Below are positions 57,885-64,000 of a DNA stretch of 64,000 bases, piece by piece (the stretch's first letter is position 1; every line of letters starts with the position of its first letter). Both the position numbers and the translations under genes were made by a program. The stretch is taken from NCBI RefSeq assembly GCF_032191835.1, contig NC_083235.1, positions 15,562,001-15,626,000 of the forward strand. The letters are read 5' to 3'. Origin of the DNA: Heteronotia binoei. Taxonomy: Eukaryota. Below the pieces are notes generated by a model. The model was not told the DNA's origin. It searched no databases and saw only the letters and a program-made list of their open reading frames with translations.

Positions 57885-58190
57885 ACTTACCCAGCTGATT
57901 AGTGCAGCTTAAAATTTGCTTTCTGTTTTCAGAAGCAAGAGGTGGAATTGTGTTTGTGTTGCTGATGTTGCCAATTTTAAGGGTGCAAGGAGCTTCACAC
58001 AGGGAGATCTGGGACATCCTTTGTTGGATGGCTTTTCTTCATGCCTTTGGACTCTTGGGAGCTGTGATATCCAGAACTGAAGGATGGAGGATGGCGCAGC
58101 TGGGTTCCCTCTTGAGAGATTCTCCCAAGAGCAGCTCAGAGACACCATTTCAAAGGCTTTGCCAATTAGCCTAGTGTTTACAGCAGCCTC
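57885..58190 (-). promoter_or_regulatory. Putative OR promoter plus 5' non-coding exon (module M5), for OR-E
   Basis: The minus strand reads ctgtaaacactaggcTAATTGgcaaagcc...gagaatctctcaagagggaa...cagctG|GTAAGTaggaacactttgtgcactg, close to M2. Confidence 0.6.
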
Positions 58191-58363
58191 CACTCTACCA
58201 TGAAAGGTTGGGCTAGTTATACACTCTCAGCCTAACCTACCTCAGGTTTGTCGTGAGGCTAAAATGAAGGATAGAATTAAGTAAGCCGCTCGGGTTCTCC
58301 ACTGAGGAGAAAGGCAGGGTATCAAGCCATGAGCTGGGATGGGGCTATTGATCAAATTTAATT

Positions 58364-58617
58364 AGAAGAAGAAGATAGCGGATACTCTGAATCTCAGAGT
58401 CTCTTGGCAGTTACAATCTCTTATACCACCCCCTCCCACAACAGACACCCTGTGAGGTAGGTGGGGCTGAGAGAGCTCTTACAGCAGCTGCCCTTTCAAG
58501 GACAACTCCTATGAGAGCTATGGATGACTCAAGGCCATCCCAGCAGCTGCAAGCGGAGGAGTATGAATCAACCAGTTCTCTCAGATAAGAGTCTGCGCAC
58601 TTAACCACTACACCAAA
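58364..58617 (-). mobile_element. MIR-like SINE (Squam3-like)
   Basis: Reverse copy. Confidence 0.85.
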
Positions 58618-59165
58618 TTCCCTAAATCAAAATCAAAATCACTAAATGCTCTAAATAAATATAAATAAATAATTTAAAAAGTTGCAATGATGCTCTGGTT
58701 TGCTGAGCAGGACTGGAAGGGGTCCCCCCCCTCCACAAACACTGCCTTTATCCCCCTGGGAAATATGCATGGAGTTCACATTCAGACTAAACGTGCAAAC
58801 ATGTCTTAGGATGCAATTCAATGCATCGTGACCTGAGAGTAAATACCATTGAACGTCATAGGATCATCTTCTGAACAGACAAGCATAGGATTGTGCCAGT
58901 AGGATACTTGGTAGCTGACTAATCTTATCAGGCAAGAGTTGACATCCCTGAAACCAGAGTTAACCTTTTGATGGCATATTCATGACCCAAAATTTATTCC
59001 GGGGGTGTTGGGGTTCTAGGGACCACATTGAGGCTATCATCCTGTGCTAAGTAACTCAGGACTTTATAGCCACTGTGAATATATATAGGCCTGGGTGACT
59101 CCACATGATGGTTGCTACATGATGGTGCTTAGTTGCCTAGAGTTTCATGGGGAAATGCTGATCAC

Positions 59166-59344
59166 CAGGGCTTTTTTGGTAGAAAAAGCCCAGCAGGAAC
59201 TCATTTGTATATTAGGCCACACCCCATGACATCACCATTGTTTCACACAGGGCTTTTTTTGTAGAAAAACACATTTGCATATTAAGCCACACCTTGTGAC
59301 ACCAAGCCAGCCGGAACTGCGTTCCTGCTCAAAAAAAAGCCCTG
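59166..59344. mobile_element. CAGGG-family MITE; another copy at 60413-60611
   Basis: Perfect TSD CTGATCAC. Confidence 0.88.
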
Positions 59345-60787
59345 CTGATCACCCACTCCCAAGAGAACATTCTCTTTCCCACTCTTGTTAGCTGCACTTC
59401 CCTTCAGAGCCTTCTTCCTGCCATTGGAAGCCAGGTACAAGATGGTGTGGCTCATCCAAGTGTTTGGGATAGCTTGATTTTTACTGTTAGCCAGCATTTA
59501 GGCTGTAAGATGTGTAGCTTTAGTTATGCCTGGGGCCCTCGAGTTCTGGCAAGCTTTGCTGTGCAGAGGCAGTCTAAACCAAGCAACCAGAGTTTGTTTC
59601 CTGCCTTGAAAGTCATATGGGGGAAGGGGTGCCCTCCAAAAAATTTGGCTGCGACTTCTAAGTATCTTCCGCAACCAGGCTTTTAAAGCTAAATGTGGAT
59701 TACCCAGCAGTATGGTGGGCTCAGTGGTTTCAACCTCCTCCCTGCTATTGAAAGGCCTGGTGGGTTCCTCTGGAGAAAACAGCTCAATGGCATCAGACCA
59801 TGCTGAGGTTCCTCCCTTCTTCAGCTACCATGACACTACTTGTAGCACGGGTTCTAACCTTTGAGCTTCAGATAGGCATCCCTCCTGGCAACCAGCGGAG
59901 GATGCAGGGGACTTACAAGGAGAAAGAGAAAGGCCTAGGCCTCTAGCCAGTGTAGGGCTGCCAAGTTCCCAACAGGGGTGGGGCATCCTCTGGTTTGGTG
60001 GACCTTAACCCGCTGGCAGGGAGGAGGCTGCTGGAAGGATCCCCACCCCCAAAGAGTCCTGTCAGCGTGCAGTGTGATGACATCACCTGGAAGTGATATA
60101 TTGTGCCAGGCACATTGTGCGGGGATGCTCTAGGAAATCATGGGAAACTCTGTGAGCTTTCCCCCAAATTGCTAGAGCGTCCCTGTGCAAAACCATAGAG
60201 TTTTCAGCGATTTTCTAGAGCATCTCCATGAGACATATCCAGCACAATACGTCACTTTCAGGTGACGTCATTGCACTGCATTGCACCAGCAGACAGTGGG
60301 AACTTGGCAACCCTAACCTAGTGACGTCCAGGCAAAACTCTGGTATTTGGGCGAAAACTCTATGGCAAAATTGGCTTCTGATTAGACTGGAATGTTTCTT
60401 CTTAGTCAGGCCCAGGGCATTTTTTGAGCAGGAATGCACAGGAAAGCAGTTCCGACTGGCTTGGCATCAGGGGGTGTGACCTAATATGCAAATAAGTTCC
60501 TTCTGGGTGTTGTCTACAAAAAAGTCCTGCTTGAAACAATGGTTACATCAGGGGGTGTGGGCTAATATGCAAATGAGCCCCTGTTGGGCTTTTTCTGTAA
60601 ATAAAGCCCTGTTCAGTCATAGATATGTTAACCCTTAAGGAGGTTACTTGAACATGCTTGTGGCCGTTCCAGCTAAAGCTGTGTCCCACAAGAGTGTTAA
60701 TGTCCTGAAGGGTAGCTAGGGAGTATATACTTGTAGCTATTCTGCATCCAGTGTCTGGCAAATATGTGTGTGTTTTTAAAGGAGTAT

Positions 60788-61125
60788 ATACTATAAGCGG
60801 GCTAATTTGCAACGGCCTCTGGGGTTCTGTCTCAGAAGTATTCCTCTGGGTCACAGCCCTGAAAGATGCCAAGCCGTGAACAAAAGCTGATCGTGCCACC
60901 GTGCCACCCATTGTTTCATTTAATAGCAAACTGTTTGTCAGATCTGCTCAGCGGAAGATGAAGGCTTGTGTTCACCAGGAGGAAAAAGCCAAATACATTC
61001 CCTCCTTCCTGATCTCTCCGTGGGATGGTCCCGCCGTTCTTTGGCACCTACAGACTCACAAACTCTGCTGCTGCTGCTGCAAACAGAAAGCATCTTTTTG
61101 GGTAGCATTTACCAACTGGGTAAGT
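60788..61125 (+). promoter_or_regulatory. Putative OR promoter plus 5' non-coding exon (module M6), with no CDS inside the window
   Basis: Reads ctataagcgggctaatttgc...gtctcagaag...gctgctgctgcaaacagaaagcatc...aactgG|GTAAGT (GT at 61120). Paralog of M4. Confidence 0.55.
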
Positions 61126-61285
61126 GAGAGCCCTGCGGGCACCAGAAAATTCCTATCACCGATAAGCCCACTGAAGCCTCTTTATTACTTCTGTCAGGGG
61201 CACCCAGCAGGTCCCACTGAGTTGCTGTTTCTGGCTCCTACTCATGGAACCCCTCAAAAACTTCCCAGACCCTGATAGCCTTGAG

Positions 61286-61467
61286 CAGTGTTCCCTCTCA
61301 ACTGAGTTAGTGTGAGCCAGCTCACAGATTTTTAGCCTCCAGCTCACACATTTTTGTCTTTGCTCAGGAAGGATGACCCCAGAGCACAGTAGCTCACAAC
61401 TTTCATGCCAGTAGCTCACAAAGTAGAATCTTTGCTCACAAGACTCTGCAGCTTAAAGGGAACACTG
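61286..61467 (+). mobile_element. CAGTGTTCCC-family MITE
   Basis: TSD gccttgag/gtcttgag. Confidence 0.85.
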
Positions 61468-61879
61468 GTCTTGAGGGCAATTTAGATCCCACTCATTCTT
61501 CCTTCTGAGTGGTTTTTTTTTTGGGGGGGGGGGCTGAGGGAAAAGGAAAGATTTTTTCTGGAGTGTTCTCGGAGGAAGAATGCTTCTCTGTCAGAACAGC
61601 GCTCATTCCAACAACCTTCTAATCTGCAGACAACCTCTCATAGCAGGGAGACTGTGAGTAGTGGGAGCTAGCGTGGCCACCAGAAAAAAGCCCCTGCCAT
61701 TGAGCAGTGAGCTAAATGGAGCTACCCTCATGTCCTTTCAAGTATTTTTGTACTTTTTATCTTGTGCCTGTGTGTGTGTGCATCTGGAAATCATAGCAAC
61801 CTCTGGTGATTGACCCCTATTGGGGGCCTGGAGGATATTGAGAGAGGTGGCTCACTAAAGCCTGATTCTGTCTCCCAAC

Positions 61880-62251
61880 CAGTGTTACCTCTAAGCTGAG
61901 TTAGCGTGAGCTAGCTCACAGATTTTTAGCCTCCAACTCACACGTTTTTGTCTAAGCTCAGGAAGGATGACCCCAGAGCACACTAATTTAGGCAGTAGCT
62001 CTCAACTTTAATGCCAGTAGCCAGGGGTGGAATTCTAGCATGAGCTCCCTTGCATATTACGCTACACACCCGTGATGTAGCCAATCCTCCAAGAGCTTAC
62101 AAGGCTATTTTGCGTAAACTCTTGAGGACTGGCAACATCAGGGGTGTGTGGCTTAATATGCAAAGGAGCTCCTGATGGAATTCCACTCCTGCCAATAGCT
62201 CACGAAGTAGAATTCTTGTTCACAAGACTCTGCAGCTTAGAGGGAACCTTG
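61880..62251 (+). mobile_element. CAGTGTTCCC-family MITE containing a nested CAGGG MITE (62022-62191)
   Basis: Outer TSD CTCCCAAC (perfect); inner TSD ccagtagc/ccaatagc. Confidence 0.88.
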
Positions 62252-62362
62252 CTCCCAACTGCTGGTATTCCCAGGAGGTCCCCCATCCAAGTACTTGCCA
62301 CAGTCGACCCTGCTTAGCTTCTGAGATCTGATGACATTGGGCTTGCCTGGGATATCCAGGTC
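62252..62362 (-). mobile_element. 5S rRNA-derived SINE head, interrupted by the MITE to its left
   Basis: The minus strand reads cagatctcagaagctaagcagggtcg...agtacttggatgggggacctcctgggaatacc. Confidence 0.7.
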
Positions 62363-63069
62363 CTCATGTCCTTTCTGGTAGGTGTCTTTGGGAGGAGGAA
62401 GAGCCATGGGGGGGGGGAGGCAGAATGATGTCAGCATCCTACAGGAACCATCTCAGGGGGGCTGAATCCTGCACCTTCCAGGTTACACCTCCAGCAATCA
62501 CATCCACCACTGTTGAGGTATGATGGTCTTCCAGAAAAGGTGTGGCAGGATCTCCAGTTGCTTCTCTTCGGTGGCAGTGTCTTCATGTGTCTCACACTAT
62601 CTTTCTGACAGCTACTAATCCAAGGGCTGATCATATAGCAAGAAGTACTGAAAATCAAGCTGATTAATGGGTGGGTGATTCAAACTATGGGTGGGTAGGT
62701 CGGTAAGGATTTCTGCTCTGCTTCATGTGGATGACACGGGCACTCTCCAGTATGTGCTTATCTTACACGAACACATGAAGCTGCCTTATACTGAACCAAA
62801 CCATCGGTCCATCAAGGTCAGTCTCGTCTGCTCAGCCTGCTAGCTGCTTTCCAGAAGCCCAGGGAAAGGTCTTTCACATCATCTGCTACCTGTGTTGGTT
62901 TTTTTATAAATGTGCAGAGTAAATAAGCAAACAGAGAACACCATGTGTGTTTGAGATTTATAGAAAACTACCTTTATTAGAAATATATGAACATAGGAAG
63001 CTGCCTTATTCTGAATTAGACCCTCAGTCCATCAAAGTCAGTATTGTCTACTGACTCTACTCACACTTG

Positions 63070-63745
63070 CAACTGCAGGTGTCTGGCTGGCTTCGAGTTG
63101 GCACCGAGTGTTCTCTTTCGCTCCCTGGTGGGATCAATGCCTGGGAGAGGAAGGGGGGAGTGGTGCTGTTGCTTTCTTCTGCTGTTGCCACCTTTCTGTC
63201 TGGCCAGCTCTTTCTCTGTCTTGTGCTGGAGCCTTCTGCCCCCATCTAACGCTTCCCCTCTTCCCTTTATTGATTGCCTGGATTCTTCTTTGCCCCACCC
63301 CATCACTATTGGTGGCTGCCTTCATATTAACCAAGATCCAGTTGAGGACCACGTAACCATTTTGAAAAACGTTTTTCTACAAACCTAGGGGTTTCCCTGG
63401 GCTTGGAGGAAAATTACCTCTTTCCATACTGGCCCCATTGTGTGGAGTTTTTTAAAACAGAACTCAGAGGGAAATGTAGATTTATTTTTAAAAAGAAATC
63501 CTGAATTCCTGATCCAGAGCCTCACAGTTTTGAATCTGAATTCTGACACTACATCTTGAGGCTGACACATGTATCTTGTGTGGCAGGAATAATGGATGCA
63601 TCAGGGAGAGAAACACAGAGATTTGAGTCAAAGAGAGAATACGTCCTAGAAGGATTCTCCCATAGTTTGTTCATTGGGTAGCTTACCTTGATAATAGTGA
63701 GAGGGAGAAATGTGAATCTTGGGATTAGTTAGCCATACTTGGGCC
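63070..63745 (+). other. Paralog of the 3' part of the OR-D intron (47826-48790, inverted)
   Basis: Colinear blocks, e.g. tgtggcaggaataatggat, cattgggtagc, gaatcttgggatt and ggccccattgtg, occur in both places. Confidence 0.85.
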
Positions 63746-64000
63746 GCGGTCACACTCACCATTAAATCCATCCCTAACCCGTTGCTATTATACCCCGCAG
63801 CTTTTTTACAACGAATTTCCTGATCAAACATCCCTCCATCCTTCAGTTCTGAGCAGCGTTGGTCCCATCGTTGGTTGATCAGAGGTCTCAACTGGACCTC
63901 ATTTTTTGAGATGGCATTCCGCACTCATGCAAGCACAGTACCGTAGGATATCGTGCTTGGCTTTTTTTAAAATGGTGCCAGAAAAGGTGGGAGATCTGCC

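Noticed and set aside
62252-62362. 5S rRNA gene (also 60-290)
   Set aside because: Partial and diverged, with SINE-type flanks rather than the 5S termini.

Overview
This is vertebrate genomic DNA, almost certainly from a squamate and probably a gecko (inferred from the repeat families). It holds a tandem cluster of five intact, single-coding-exon class II olfactory receptor (OR) genes of OR1-like type. Three are on + (3104, 18065, 29774) and two on - (47773, 55929). Each ATG follows a canonical splice acceptor. Four of the genes have a homologous non-coding promoter plus 5'-exon module, ending in GGTAAGT, 2-6 kb upstream. A fifth module and a paralogous intron end at 60.8-63.7 kb predict a sixth OR just beyond the window. 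The intergenic space is dense with transposons. These include one full-length 5.2 kb L1 with a 17-bp TSD and a single visible frameshift, and a Penelope-like (GIY-YIG) remnant whose 3' region carries a type I hammerhead ribozyme fold. There is also a Gmr1-like Gypsy remnant (integrase before RT), fragments of Vingi, BovB, CR1, L2 and L1, several SINE families, and many hAT-type MITEs with 8-bp TSDs. All calls come from reading the sequence by eye. No database search was run, so repeat family names are tentative and many repeat boundaries are approximate (about 10-30 nt).
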